64,000 bases of DNA, taken from contig OY970358.1 in NCBI GenBank assembly GCA_963718575.1, positions 386,172-450,171 of the forward strand. Direction: 5' to 3'. How positions within the stretch are numbered: position 1 is the stretch's first letter; every line of letters starts with the position of its first letter. This document shows, in pieces, positions 16,719-28,739 of this stretch. The notes beneath the pieces were generated by a model that worked only from the letters and a program-made list of their open reading frames with translations, ran no database searches and was not told the DNA's origin. A program made the position numbers and the translations under genes. The stretch is from an uncultured bacterium (GTDB lineage Bacteria > Patescibacteriota > Minisyncoccia > UBA6257 > 2-01-FULL-56-20).

Positions 16719-18521
16719 CTATACTGCAACTTCGCGACTGCTTTCGTGATACTGTTGCCACAATCCCTGAAATTCGGAGCATGTGGATAGCAGATCATTC
16801 AGACTGCCAGAAGCAATGATCCGTCCGCTGCCCATAAAATAGATGCGATCGAACAGCGGAAGGAGGTGAAGGCGGTGGATGGATGAGACGATGGTCTTTC
16901 CATTAAACTGGCAGAAAATGTTTCGATAGATTCTCATCTCGTTCGCGGTATCGATGCTACTCGTCGGTTCATCGAGCAGCACCACATCCTTATCGTGGCA
17001 CGCGAGCAATCCGCGCGCGAGTGCAAGGCGCTGCCGCTGGCCGCCGCTCAGATTGACGCCCTTCTCCTTAATGAAGGAATCGAATCCATTCGGTAGTGTA
17101 TCGATCACATCAGTAAGACACGCCATGTCGGTAAACCGCCGAACAAATGTCATGTCATATTCCGCGCCAAGCGTGATATTCCCGAAGATGGTGTTTGCGA
17201 ACAGCTCCGGATCCTGCGGAATGAGCGTGATAGCCCTATTGATCCCCTCAAATCCTTGCGCTATTTCCCGGCCATCCACGGAAAGCTTAATGCTCCGCGG
17301 ATGATAGAGGTCACGCATGATCTTGAGGAGCGTAGTCTTCCCGCTTCCACTTTCGCCAACGAGCGCGATCTTCTGTCCATGTATGAGCGAAAGCGAAAGA
17401 TTGTCGAGATGCGACTCTCCATCTTCCTCCTGTGCGTACGAGAAGGAGAGATCTTCGATCCGCAATTCCTGCCAATCTTTCGGCAGAACATGGTTCGTGA
17501 AGTTCTCGACGCGGAAATCCGCAGCGAGTTCTTCGGCATTCATGACCAGCGACGCACGCTGAAGCACCTCGCTATATTTCTGACAAAATTGAGAGGATAG
17601 CTCGGAGATTTGATTGAGGTAGCTGAACAAGAGATAGGACGCGACGATGACGACCCCTTTTGGGGTGCCAATATGACGCAAAAAATAGGTTCCCATCACG
17701 GCGAAGACCATGAATTGTCCAAGCACCTCCATCAAGCACCACTTGATCTCATCAAGCCGCACGTTCTCACTGAAGAGATCGCATGGTTTGTCGATCTTGC
17801 TCGCGAGCGCCTCGAACACAAACCGCTCCACCCGAAGGATGATGACGGTCGTGATGTTGGTTATCGCATCGGTGATGCTCTCCGAAACGGCGTTCTCCGC
17901 ACGGTTGAGCTCCATGTATTGCCCGAGGATCACCCGATCGAACCGTGTGATGACCCATATGATAAGGACGATCCCCACGAGAACGATATAGGCAGACGGA
18001 GGGCTGATGTAGACGAGCATGCCATAGCTCACCACAAACTGAACCCCGGCGTAAATGAACTGGAACGAACCTCCTGAGAAATCATAGAGCGCCCTCGTCC
18101 CTTTCTCGATCTTATCGATCGTATCACCCGAATGATGCTCGACCTGCCATTCGATTGGCAGCATCAGAAGACCCTTTGAGAGATACTTTCGATAGTGAGC
18201 CCGGACCTTGAACGCATTTTTGCGTTCAATGATCCGCGCAGGTCCATGTAATGACCAGAAGACAAGATAGACCACGACCCCAAGTAATAAAAGCTCCAGA
18301 AGAAGCTTCACGCTTGCAGTGGTGAGTCCTTGCTTCTGAATGATGTTGAACATCGCGGCGATGATCAGCGGCAGAAACACCCTTGATATTGCTTTAGCAA
18401 TGACGAACATGATCGAAAAGCACACCACGCTCTTTCGCCTGCCCTCCGAATATCGCCAGGTCTTGCCAAAAAGATACCCGAGCGGATTCATCCCGCGCCT
18501 TTTCCATTGATTCTGCATCAC
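16719..18521 (-). CDS. ABC transporter, fused permease/ATPase (exporter type)
   Basis: TM N-terminal half; GESGSGKTT, LSGGQRQR, LLDEPTS, SIHRL. Confidence 0.92.
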   Translation of the reverse strand: MMQNQWKRRGMNPLGYLFGKTWRYSEGRRKSVVCFSIMFVIAKAISRVFLPLIIAAMFNIIQKQGLTTASVKLLLELLLLGVVVYLVFWSLHGPARIIERKNAFKVRAHYRKYLSKGLLMLPIEWQVEHHSGDTIDKIEKGTRALYDFSGGSFQFIYAGVQFVVSYGMLVYISPPSAYIVLVGIVLIIWVITRFDRVILGQYMELNRAENAVSESITDAITNITTVIILRVERFVFEALASKIDKPCDLFSENVRLDEIKWCLMEVLGQFMVFAVMGTYFLRHIGTPKGVVIVASYLLFSYLNQISELSSQFCQKYSEVLQRASLVMNAEELAADFRVENFTNHVLPKDWQELRIEDLSFSYAQEEDGESHLDNLSLSLIHGQKIALVGESGSGKTTLLKIMRDLYHPRSIKLSVDGREIAQGFEGINRAITLIPQDPELFANTIFGNITLGAEYDMTFVRRFTDMACLTDVIDTLPNGFDSFIKEKGVNLSGGQRQRLALARGLLACHDKDVVLLDEPTSSIDTANEMRIYRNIFCQFNGKTIVSSIHRLHLLPLFDRIYFMGSGRIIASGSLNDLLSTCSEFQGLWQQYHESSREVAV

Positions 18522-18861
18522 CTACTCCCCTCCCTTCGTATTCTGTTGTCAAAAAAACAATGCCTTACTGGATCAGCAAGGCATTGTTGGTTTCAAAAGT
18601 TGATATTTTATATACTACTTCTTTTGAAAATCAAGGATGCACTGCCGATGCTGGCGGACGATTGCCCAGTCATTCATGCCATTAAGGACGGCCTTCGGAG
18701 AATTGAGATTCCCCTGCCGCGTGGTATAGTCGTTAAAAACAATATGATTTTTAATCACGACTAATAAAATAGCATATTTATAAAAGTAGGTCAAGTTTCC
18801 CAAAGGCTAACCATTCTTCACTAAAACAGTGTCCCAATTCTTACGCTATACTATAAGTTCT

Positions 18862-19371
18862 ATGACACCTTCCACATTCGGCAAAGAACTTTATCACGGC
18901 AGTCCAATTCGCATCGAGGGCTCACTAAAACCTATATTGCGGAGCGGCGCGCCCGACTATATTCATACACAACCCGCGGTGTTCGCGACGGAGCGAAAAG
19001 ACATTGCAGCGGTATTTATGTTCCCCACCGACACGCTCGCGAGTATCGGATTTGAAAATGATATCGCGTATATCTGCATTTGGGGAACTTCAAAAGAGTT
19101 CGCGCCAAACGATAAAGGTGGATTTCTTTATATACTTCCCGGAGAAAATTTTCAAAAGATCGGCAAGGAATATGAGTGGCTATCTCTCGAAGCGGTTTCT
19201 CCTATGGACACGATGAAATTCCCCTCGGTGATAGACGGCATGATCGAGTGCGGCGCGCACGTGTACTTTATTGATGACGAGAAGCTGTTCGATCGAATTG
19301 TCGCAGAGAAAGATAATAGAACCCCGATTCTTGCGACTTTGATTTCGGAAAATAAAAAGAGAGGGTTATAG
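18862..19371 (+). CDS. Hypothetical protein
   Basis: Open frame with LYHGSP...PAVFAT...GGFLYILP motifs; TACTAT lies 7 nt before the ATG. Confidence 0.6.
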   Translation: MTPSTFGKELYHGSPIRIEGSLKPILRSGAPDYIHTQPAVFATERKDIAAVFMFPTDTLASIGFENDIAYICIWGTSKEFAPNDKGGFLYILPGENFQKIGKEYEWLSLEAVSPMDTMKFPSVIDGMIECGAHVYFIDDEKLFDRIVAEKDNRTPILATLISENKKRGL

Positions 19372-19476
19372 GATAAAAACGGCCACCGTACGCATGTCAT
19401 CGGTGGCTAATAATATGAGGACGCACCTATTTTGCTGTTATTGCTATTACACTCCTAGCCGAGAAATTGATTTCAA

Positions 19477-20223
19477 TTATTCAAAATCCAACTGCATCGC
19501 AAGATGATCGGAGACCTCGTCCGGTAAAACTTTGAAGTCCTTCACATTGATGCCCTCGCTCACCAATATATAATCGGCAAATTTTCCAGGTTTTTTATAG
19601 ACGCTTGCACGCGTGGAAGTGATGCCAAACTCTTTGATAAGATTGCGCATGTGGGAGCCTTGGATCATCTTAAGACTTTCCGAGTCGGGCAAAAGGTTGA
19701 AGTCACCGCAAAGCACGTGGGGAACCTTGATGCCCGCGAGGAATCGCACGATATTCTCCGCCTGTGAAAAGCGCTCTTCGGTATCTTCTTTGCTGATGCC
19801 ATTCCAAAGGCCATGAAAGTTTGCAATTGTCCGAACGCCCTTCGGCGTTTCGATGGTTATGTATTCAAGGTTGCGAGCATGGTTCACCGCGTTATCATCA
19901 TGAAACATATCTTCACGATCCTTAAAGACAAAAATATCGCCTTCCTCCAAAATTTTTATATTTTTCTTTATAAATATCGCGAGGCCAAAAAAATTCCAGT
20001 AGTGAGGCTTGAAGAATGAAACGAACCCCGGCAAAATTTCGTTGAGATGAGTAAATAGCGCCGGATCAACGTTGGGGCCCCAAATATCTTTGTGCTCGTG
20101 CCCACCCTCCCACACTTCCTGCAAACAAAAAATGTCCGTCATATTTTTATAGCGCGCAAAAAAATCTAAAAGTTCCTTATTCCCGCCACGGCCTGACCAA
20201 GTGTTGAGCGATATCAGTCTCAT
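19477..20223 (-). CDS. Endonuclease/exonuclease/phosphatase family protein
   Basis: ISLNTW, DIFCLQEV, LCGDFN, ADYILVS, VSDHLAM. Confidence 0.9.
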   Translation of the reverse strand: MRLISLNTWSGRGGNKELLDFFARYKNMTDIFCLQEVWEGGHEHKDIWGPNVDPALFTHLNEILPGFVSFFKPHYWNFFGLAIFIKKNIKILEEGDIFVFKDREDMFHDDNAVNHARNLEYITIETPKGVRTIANFHGLWNGISKEDTEERFSQAENIVRFLAGIKVPHVLCGDFNLLPDSESLKMIQGSHMRNLIKEFGITSTRASVYKKPGKFADYILVSEGINVKDFKVLPDEVSDHLAMQLDFE

Positions 20224-20225
20224 GT

Positions 20226-20774
20226 TTATTGCTTCAATCTCGTCATTTCAATCCCCCTCCTGCTCCCCGCGAGCATCCAGTGAATAAACCACGCGCATAG
20301 CAACCCCACCGCCGCGCCGCCCACGATATCCATCGGCCAGTGCACGCCGGCGTAGATCCGCGCGATGCCCATCAGCAATGACAACCCAAGGAACCACCAT
20401 CCCCACTTGCGATTGGCAAACCAGACGGTGAGCGCGAGCGCAAAGAACCACGCGGCATGCGCCGACGGGAATGACCATCCGCTCTCGCTGATAAGCGGCG
20501 TGAAGCTATAGAAAGAAAACGGGCGCGGCTCGTGATAAAAATATTGGATGAGCGTCGTCACGATCCCGCGCGCGAGGATGATCGCAAGCGCGCCCTCGCA
20601 GAACAGATACACCTTCCGCCGCCATCCCTTTTGATAATAGACAAGCACGAGGAATGCGAGCACGAGTAAATACGGCAGATATTCCGCAAAGAATATCGCA
20701 AGCGTATCCCAGAACGCATTATGATGCCCGGCGGCATAGATGAACTGAAAGATCCTGCGGTCAAGAGAAAACAT
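20226..20774 (-). CDS. PAP2 phosphatase (undecaprenyl-diphosphatase-like)
   Basis: EPRPF, SFPSAHA, ARIYAGVHWPMDIVGG. Confidence 0.9.
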   Translation of the reverse strand: MFSLDRRIFQFIYAAGHHNAFWDTLAIFFAEYLPYLLVLAFLVLVYYQKGWRRKVYLFCEGALAIILARGIVTTLIQYFYHEPRPFSFYSFTPLISESGWSFPSAHAAWFFALALTVWFANRKWGWWFLGLSLLMGIARIYAGVHWPMDIVGGAAVGLLCAWFIHWMLAGSRRGIEMTRLKQ

Positions 20775-20830
20775 ATTTGTCTATTATAACATGCGCAACA
20801 AAAAGGGCCGACTTTCGTCGACCCTCATCG

Positions 20831-21046
20831 TTATTTCCTCACGTACGGCAGAAGCGCCATGAACCTCGCCTGCTTGATCGCGGTCGAGAGCTTGCGCTGA
20901 TGCTTTGCGCAGATGTGCGTGTGGCGCGGGTCGATGATCTTTGCCTGGCTCGAAACGAACCGGCGCAAAAGGTCGATCTCTTTATAGTCGATGTTCTTTA
21001 AGTTCTGTGAGCAGAAAAAGCACTGCTGGGCTGTGGTGGGTGCCAT
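20831..21046 (-). CDS. rpsR: 30S ribosomal protein S18
   Basis: CFFC..IDYKEIDLLRRF..QAKI..CAKHQRKL..AIKQARFMALLPY. Confidence 0.95.
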   Translation of the reverse strand: MAPTTAQQCFFCSQNLKNIDYKEIDLLRRFVSSQAKIIDPRHTHICAKHQRKLSTAIKQARFMALLPYVRK

Positions 21047-21059
21047 GATCGTGTGTTAT

Positions 21060-21632
21060 TTATACTTTCCTTACTTGTAGTGAATCCAGCTCGACCGCCG
21101 TGTCCCGGCCGAAGATCGGCACCAACACCTTGATGCTTCCCTTCTCTTCATTGACTTCGGAGATCTTGCCGTCGTATTCCTTGAACGGACCGTCGGTTAT
21201 TTTTACCAGATCGCCTACCTTCAAGTCAAGGATCATCTTCTTATCGCCCTCGCCGGTGCGCGCGAGGAGGAAGTCCACCTCGTCCTTGGAAAGCGGCGTC
21301 GGCGTCGTATTATCGGGGCCGACGAAGCCGGTCACGCGCGGCGTATTGCGAACCACATACCACGAATCCTCGGTGAGGATCATCTCCACGAGCACATAGC
21401 CCGGATAAATCTTTTCCTCCACCGTCTGCCGCTTGCCCGCCTTCACTTTTATCTTCTTCTCCTTCGGCACGAGAATGTTAAATATCTTATCGCCCATCGC
21501 GAGTGACTCGACGCGCTGCTTCAGATAACGCGAGACCGCCTCTTCATAGCCCGAATAGGTCTGCACGGCGTACCACTGCCGCACCGCCGGCTTTTCGCTT
21601 TGTGTTCCCCCGCTTGGATGATTCAATGCCAT
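21060..21632 (-). CDS. nusG: Transcription termination/antitermination factor NusG
   Basis: WYAVQTYSGYE, YPGYVLVEM, VRNTPRVTGFVG, KOW motif VKITDGPF. Confidence 0.96.
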   Translation of the reverse strand: MALNHPSGGTQSEKPAVRQWYAVQTYSGYEEAVSRYLKQRVESLAMGDKIFNILVPKEKKIKVKAGKRQTVEEKIYPGYVLVEMILTEDSWYVVRNTPRVTGFVGPDNTTPTPLSKDEVDFLLARTGEGDKKMILDLKVGDLVKITDGPFKEYDGKISEVNEEKGSIKVLVPIFGRDTAVELDSLQVRKV

Positions 21633-21660
21633 ATCTGTTTACTATAATACGATTTCACAA

Positions 21661-21849
21661 TTACGCCAAAATAAAATTTTTATCAAGATACGAAAAAAGA
21701 TAATCAAAGCCGCCCAAAAATACCGCGAGGCCAATGGCGATCCCGATGACGATGAGGGTGAGTCGCGTCGCTTCCTGGCGCGTCGGCCAATTGACGTGGC
21801 GGATCTCGTTCTTTGCCTCACTGAAGAATTTTTTTATCCAGGCGAACAT
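21661..21849 (-). CDS. secE: Preprotein translocase subunit SecE
   Basis: EIRHVNWPTRQE + TM; upstream of nusG. Confidence 0.92.
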   Translation of the reverse strand: MFAWIKKFFSEAKNEIRHVNWPTRQEATRLTLIVIGIAIGLAVFLGGFDYLFSYLDKNFILA

Positions 21850-22022
21850 GGTTTCTATTTTTGCTGTTTTTTCCAATTAAAATACCGCTATACTCGCGGT
21901 TGGAGGTAAGAAGAGTATAGCATTCAATTGGTCTAAACGTCAAATGCGGAGACAAAATGCCTAGTACCACGAGACTCCAAGGGCACACGCACGAGCTGCC
22001 GACCACAGCCCGGGCACACCGG

Positions 22023-22095
22023 TGGACCCGACGGGAGTCGGACCCGCTTTTCCTGTTTGTTAAAGACAGTGTATTACCGTATAGACGACGGGCCC
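22023..22095 (-). tRNA. tRNA-like gene with an Ala-type acceptor stem (G3.U70, A73) but atypical anticodon loop TTTAACA; identity undetermined
   Basis: GGGCCCG-TC-GTCT ATACGGTA ATAC-A-CTGTC TTTAACA AACAG-GAAAA-GCGGG TCCGACT CCCGT-CGGGTCC-A; a 73-nt cloverleaf. Confidence 0.7.
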
Positions 22096-22149
22096 ATGCT
22101 CCACCGGTAAATGCATGCTAGCAAAAAGACCATTAAAACTACGTAAAAC

Positions 22150-22180
22150 AAAAACAGCCCCCGCGAAGGGGCTATTTTTG
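22150..22180 (-). terminator. Intrinsic terminator after gyrB
   Basis: AGCCCC / GGGGCT stem flanked by A/T tracts. Confidence 0.65.
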
Positions 22181-22287
22181 TAACAAACAGGATTTGAGTC
22201 CGCCATCTCGGCGGGACACTGTCTCGCCTATTATCTTATTCTTTGCAAAGGAAAAGTCAAAAACTTTTTAATAATTTTTTAATAAAC

Positions 22288-24486
<2,199 letters not shown>

Positions 24487-24621
24487 TTATTTTTCGTTAA
24501 AAAATGCCCCTGCGGCAATACAGATATTTTAGCATGTTTCAGAGGAAAAAACCAAGCGGGGAAGCCCCGAAATAATTGACAAATACGCTAAATAGGTTTA
24601 TTTATAAACTGGAGGTGGCAC

Positions 24622-24834
24622 ATGAGTAGGTTTTTTATATTCGTAGCAATGGCAATCTTCGGATTGGCGCTCTCGCTGACAACGCTGGTTCTGGTTGGGT
24701 TAAATGGATTCGCCGCATTTCCGCCGGGGTCCACCCATGCAAACCTTCTCGGACTCGTACTACTGCTCGGGGTCACCCTCGCGGTAATCGGCATCTATGA
24801 AGCAATCGAATATTCCGGCAGAAAACCGGCTTGA
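24622..24834 (+). CDS. Small two-TM membrane protein
   Basis: SD GGAGG upstream; two hydrophobic helices; terminator follows. Confidence 0.6.
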   Translation: MSRFFIFVAMAIFGLALSLTTLVLVGLNGFAAFPPGSTHANLLGLVLLLGVTLAVIGIYEAIEYSGRKPA

Positions 24835-24853
24835 CCCTCTCTGGCCTCTTACA

Positions 24854-24886
24854 AGCCCGCGTTCAAAAACGCGGGCTCTTTTTTAT
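24854..24886 (+). terminator. Intrinsic terminator
   Basis: AGCCCGCGTT-CAAA-AACGCGGGCT-CTTTTTT. Confidence 0.75.
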
Positions 24887-24912
24887 CTACCTGCCGTAAC
24901 CCACAGCCTATT

Positions 24913-26052
24913 TTAGAACTTTGTCGTCTGCGGACTTCCCAACCCCGTCACGTAGTCGTATCGCTTGCGGGCGTCGCAGTAATATTGGCAGGTGCCGTTT
25001 GCACCGCTCGTGATGTCACGGAAATATTTGAGCGTACTGGTGCTTGCCTTGTCGGTATAGAACTTTGCGAGCGCGGCGGAACCGCCGAGTGCCTGGATTG
25101 CGGCCCATTGCGGCGAACCGGCACTCGTACCACCGACAGTGTTCCAGGAGCCCTTTGCTTTCGTACTCGTGCCGGCCGTGAGGTAGACCGGATATCCCGA
25201 CGCCGGATCTGCGTCATACGATACATCCGGAATCGCACGCATGCCGTTCGCTTTGGAGATCTTGTACGCCGTCTGATACGCCGGTTCCTTTTCATAAGCG
25301 CTCACGCCGCCGCCGCTCCCCGACCATGCGCTCTCAGCGATGAGCGTGCCGCTCGACGCGAGCTTGAGCGATGTGCCGCCGACGCCGATCACGTTCGGCG
25401 AGGACGCGGGCCAGCTGGCGCCCGTGCCATCATCGCCGGACGAGGCAAAGAATGCGACGCTCGAGCTCGCCTTGCCGACGAAGTGCGAATCTTCCGAAAG
25501 CTCGTCGGAAAATTCCGCGCCGCCCCAGCTCATCGAAACAGCGACAACGTCTTTTCGCGCGGCGGCGTAATCCACCGCGCTCATCAGATTCGCGCCGGAT
25601 GGCGTCTTTGCCTCCACGAGCAATATCTTCGCGCTCGGCGCGATCGCATGCGCCCATTCGACGTCGAGCGAAGTTTCCATCGCCCAGCCGCTGTTCGTCG
25701 CGGTGGATGTCGCCATTTTATGCTTTTCAAAACAACCGTTCGCGGTCGTGCACGCCGGAAGATTGAATTGCTTATCGAACACCGCAAGGTCGCTCTCCAT
25801 ATTCGCATCGTCGTATGCGTCGATGAGCGCGATCGTCCCCTTCCCGCCGGTGGCGGGAAGGTTATAGATCTTTTTTATCTCCGCCGGCGTCACGCCGGAA
25901 GGCGCCTTTTCGGCCGACTGATATACGTGCACCGGCGGCTTCCCCTGGAAATCCGAAAAACGATACGCCGCATTGGCGGCACCCGACGGAACAAGCGCGG
26001 AAGCGGCCGCGAGGAGCGCGACGAGCACCGCAGATAGTTTTTTTGTTGTCAT
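24913..26052 (-). CDS. Secreted S53 (sedolisin-like) serine peptidase
   Basis: Signal peptide; ETSLDVEWAHAIAP (ExxxD), SSGDDG, PDVSYDADP, GGTSAGSP, YDYVTGLGSP. Confidence 0.88.
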   Translation of the reverse strand: MTTKKLSAVLVALLAAASALVPSGAANAAYRFSDFQGKPPVHVYQSAEKAPSGVTPAEIKKIYNLPATGGKGTIALIDAYDDANMESDLAVFDKQFNLPACTTANGCFEKHKMATSTATNSGWAMETSLDVEWAHAIAPSAKILLVEAKTPSGANLMSAVDYAAARKDVVAVSMSWGGAEFSDELSEDSHFVGKASSSVAFFASSGDDGTGASWPASSPNVIGVGGTSLKLASSGTLIAESAWSGSGGGVSAYEKEPAYQTAYKISKANGMRAIPDVSYDADPASGYPVYLTAGTSTKAKGSWNTVGGTSAGSPQWAAIQALGGSAALAKFYTDKASTSTLKYFRDITSGANGTCQYYCDARKRYDYVTGLGSPQTTKF

Positions 26053-26185
26053 GCACCGAGCATACAACAATGTGCATTAAAACTATTTTAAAAGACCGAA
26101 AAATAAGGCGTTCCTGCTTCGTTCCGACGCAGGAACGCCCCCTCACTCAGCAGGTATGCCACATTTTCTGCCTTGATAGTGTTTC

Positions 26186-28126
26186 TTACCAGATCTTCAC
26201 GCGATCGGATTCCTCCCGATATAATTTATCGCCCGGCGTAACATCGAAGGCTTCATAGAATTCAGCCATATTGGAAAGCGGGCCGTTCACGCGATATATA
26301 CCCGGCGAGTGGGGGTCCGTCTGGATCTGCGTACGCAATGCCTGGTCGCGAATATCGACACGCTCCGCAACCGCCAAGCTTTTGAAAAATTCTTGGAAGG
26401 GAGTCATCCTATCGGTACGTGAGCTCTTTGCCGAAGACTCCGATCCCAATGCCAACAGCAATCCGTCATATCCGATCAACAACCCGCCGAGATCCGCGAT
26501 ATTTTCGCCGAGGGTCAACTTTCCATTTACATGGAGACCTGGCAACGGTTCGTACGCATCGAATTGTTCGGCGAGGCGAACGGTCTTTTTATCAAATCGC
26601 TCTTTGTCTTCTTTGGTCCACCAGTTTTGTAAATTGCCGTGAAGATCGAATAACGCGCCCTGGTCGTCAAATCCATGCGTGAGCTCGTGACCAATGACCG
26701 TTCCGACAGCGCCGTAATTTACGGCATCATCGGCGGCTGGATCGAAAAACGGCGGCTGGAGAAACGCGGCAGGGAACAACACTTCATTCATGACCGGATG
26801 ATAACAAGCATTCACTGCTTGCGGCATCATATACCATTCCGTGCGGTCCACAGGCTTCGCGATCTTCTTTATCTGACGATCGAATTCGAACTCGCACGCA
26901 TGGATGTAATTTTGTACGTACGAGCCGGCGCCGATCTCAAGCGCCGTGAAATCCTTCCACTTGTCAGGATAGCCTAATTTCTTCGTCATTGCGGCGAGTT
27001 TTGCGATCGCTTTCTGCTTCGTCTCCGCCCCCATCCAGTCAAGATTCTCAATGCGGGTTTTATACGCGGCGATCAGATGGTTCACGAGATTATTAATCTT
27101 TTCTTTCGCAGTCTCGCTAAAATGTTTTCTTACATACAATTGCCCTACCGCTTCATCGAGCATGGCATCCACAACGCCAAGCACTCGGCGCCAACGCGGC
27201 TTCATTTCCGTTGCGCCGCTGAATGTCCGGCCGTAAAAATTAAATGCTTCCGCCGAAAAATCTTCACTCAAAAAATTACCAACCCCATTCAACACATGCC
27301 ATCGTAAATATGTCTTGATGTCTTCAATTGAAATATCCTCAACGATGCTATTGACCGCCCTCATAAACTCCGGCTGACAAACTATCAGATATTCCGGAAC
27401 GATAATGCGCGCTGCTTCAAAATATTTACTCCAGTCCACGCGCGGCGCGATCATTGAAAGCTCTACGGGGGTCATCTTATTGTATTGCTTTTCGATGTCA
27501 CGTAATTCAACGCGAGTCATCGACGCTTTTGCGAGGCGCGTTTCGATCTCTACAAATATTTTCGGTGCCGGCTCATATGCGGCGATGTTCTTTGAAAGCG
27601 CGATCATCCGGTCGGCATATGCCAAATACCTCTCGCGAATCCCGCGACTCTTCTCGTCGTCATTCAGATAATAGTCCCTGTCGGGCAGGCTCAATCCGCC
27701 CTGACCGATATACAGCGCCATGATTTCACTGTTTTTGAGATCCTGTTCAACGCTACACCCCCAAAACGCACCTATGCCCTGCCGATGCAAGATACCCAAG
27801 AGTGACGGAAGGCCAGCGACATCCGTCACGCCATCTATCGTCGCAAAAAGATCTTTGAGCGGTGCATCTTTTAGCGCATCTAATTTTTCTTCATCCATGC
27901 CGGTGCGATAGAAGTCCCGCACCTTCCGCGCGTTATCATCCAGTTCAGCGTCGCTTTTCACGGCAATTTCCTCAAAGATCGCCTTCAATTGTTTTTCGAC
28001 CTCCACGCGAAGGACGTAAAAAGAACCCCATTTCGATTCCTCCGGCGGGATCGGGTTCTCCTCGATCCACTTGCCGTTCACGAAACGGAAGAAATCGTCC
28101 TGCGGGCGTACGTTATTCATAGTCAT
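26186..28126 (-). CDS. M13 family metalloendopeptidase (PepO-like)
   Basis: RPQDDFFRFVNG, VNACY, GHELTHGFDD, GENIADLGG, DPHSPG. Confidence 0.93.
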   Translation of the reverse strand: MTMNNVRPQDDFFRFVNGKWIEENPIPPEESKWGSFYVLRVEVEKQLKAIFEEIAVKSDAELDDNARKVRDFYRTGMDEEKLDALKDAPLKDLFATIDGVTDVAGLPSLLGILHRQGIGAFWGCSVEQDLKNSEIMALYIGQGGLSLPDRDYYLNDDEKSRGIRERYLAYADRMIALSKNIAAYEPAPKIFVEIETRLAKASMTRVELRDIEKQYNKMTPVELSMIAPRVDWSKYFEAARIIVPEYLIVCQPEFMRAVNSIVEDISIEDIKTYLRWHVLNGVGNFLSEDFSAEAFNFYGRTFSGATEMKPRWRRVLGVVDAMLDEAVGQLYVRKHFSETAKEKINNLVNHLIAAYKTRIENLDWMGAETKQKAIAKLAAMTKKLGYPDKWKDFTALEIGAGSYVQNYIHACEFEFDRQIKKIAKPVDRTEWYMMPQAVNACYHPVMNEVLFPAAFLQPPFFDPAADDAVNYGAVGTVIGHELTHGFDDQGALFDLHGNLQNWWTKEDKERFDKKTVRLAEQFDAYEPLPGLHVNGKLTLGENIADLGGLLIGYDGLLLALGSESSAKSSRTDRMTPFQEFFKSLAVAERVDIRDQALRTQIQTDPHSPGIYRVNGPLSNMAEFYEAFDVTPGDKLYREESDRVKIW

Positions 28127-28219
28127 CGTATTATAAGGCAAAACGGTCCGGCGCCAAAACGTCTGGGCAGGTCGTATCGGATAAGGTACAATAGTAGCTA
28201 TAAAATATATATTTCACCC

Positions 28220-28723
28220 ATGAAAAAATACATCATCGCAGGCGTGCTCGTAGTCGCGTTCGTGGCATATCTCGTGTTCGCAAATGCAAATAAAGGCGCT
28301 ACGCCGGTGGCGGCGGTGCCGTCCGGCTCCCCTAGCGCGACCATGCCAACCTCCACGCCTCCGACTTCAACCCCGGCAGGGACTCCGCCCGCAACTGTTG
28401 GCGTCGGTGTCGGCACCGGCATACCCACCGCATCCGGTGGCCAGTATAAAGACGGCATCTATACCGGCTCCGTAGCCGACGCGTTCTATGGAAATCTTCA
28501 GGTGACCGTGACGATCAGCGGTGGCGCGATCACCGACGTGACGTTCCCACAGGCCCCGAGCGGCGGCCATTCGGGCGACGTGAGCGCGACGGCATTGCCG
28601 GAGCTCAGGCAGGAAGCGATCGCCGCGCAAAGCGCGAACGTCAACGTCGTCTCCGGCGCGACGCAGGATTCCCAGGCATTCCAGCAATCGCTCGCCTCCG
28701 CGCTCGCGCAGGCAAAGAGCTAA
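28220..28723 (+). CDS. Extracytoplasmic FMN-binding protein
   Basis: N-terminal TM; YKDGIYTGS, YGNLQVTVTISGG.IT, flavinylation motif VVSGATQDS. Confidence 0.88.
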   Translation: MKKYIIAGVLVVAFVAYLVFANANKGATPVAAVPSGSPSATMPTSTPPTSTPAGTPPATVGVGVGTGIPTASGGQYKDGIYTGSVADAFYGNLQVTVTISGGAITDVTFPQAPSGGHSGDVSATALPELRQEAIAAQSANVNVVSGATQDSQAFQQSLASALAQAKS

Positions 28724-28739
28724 GCGGGCCAATTCCATT

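Noticed and set aside
22023-22095. tmRNA or tRNA-Trp
   Set aside because: A compact cloverleaf with no tag-coding region, and no CCA anticodon.
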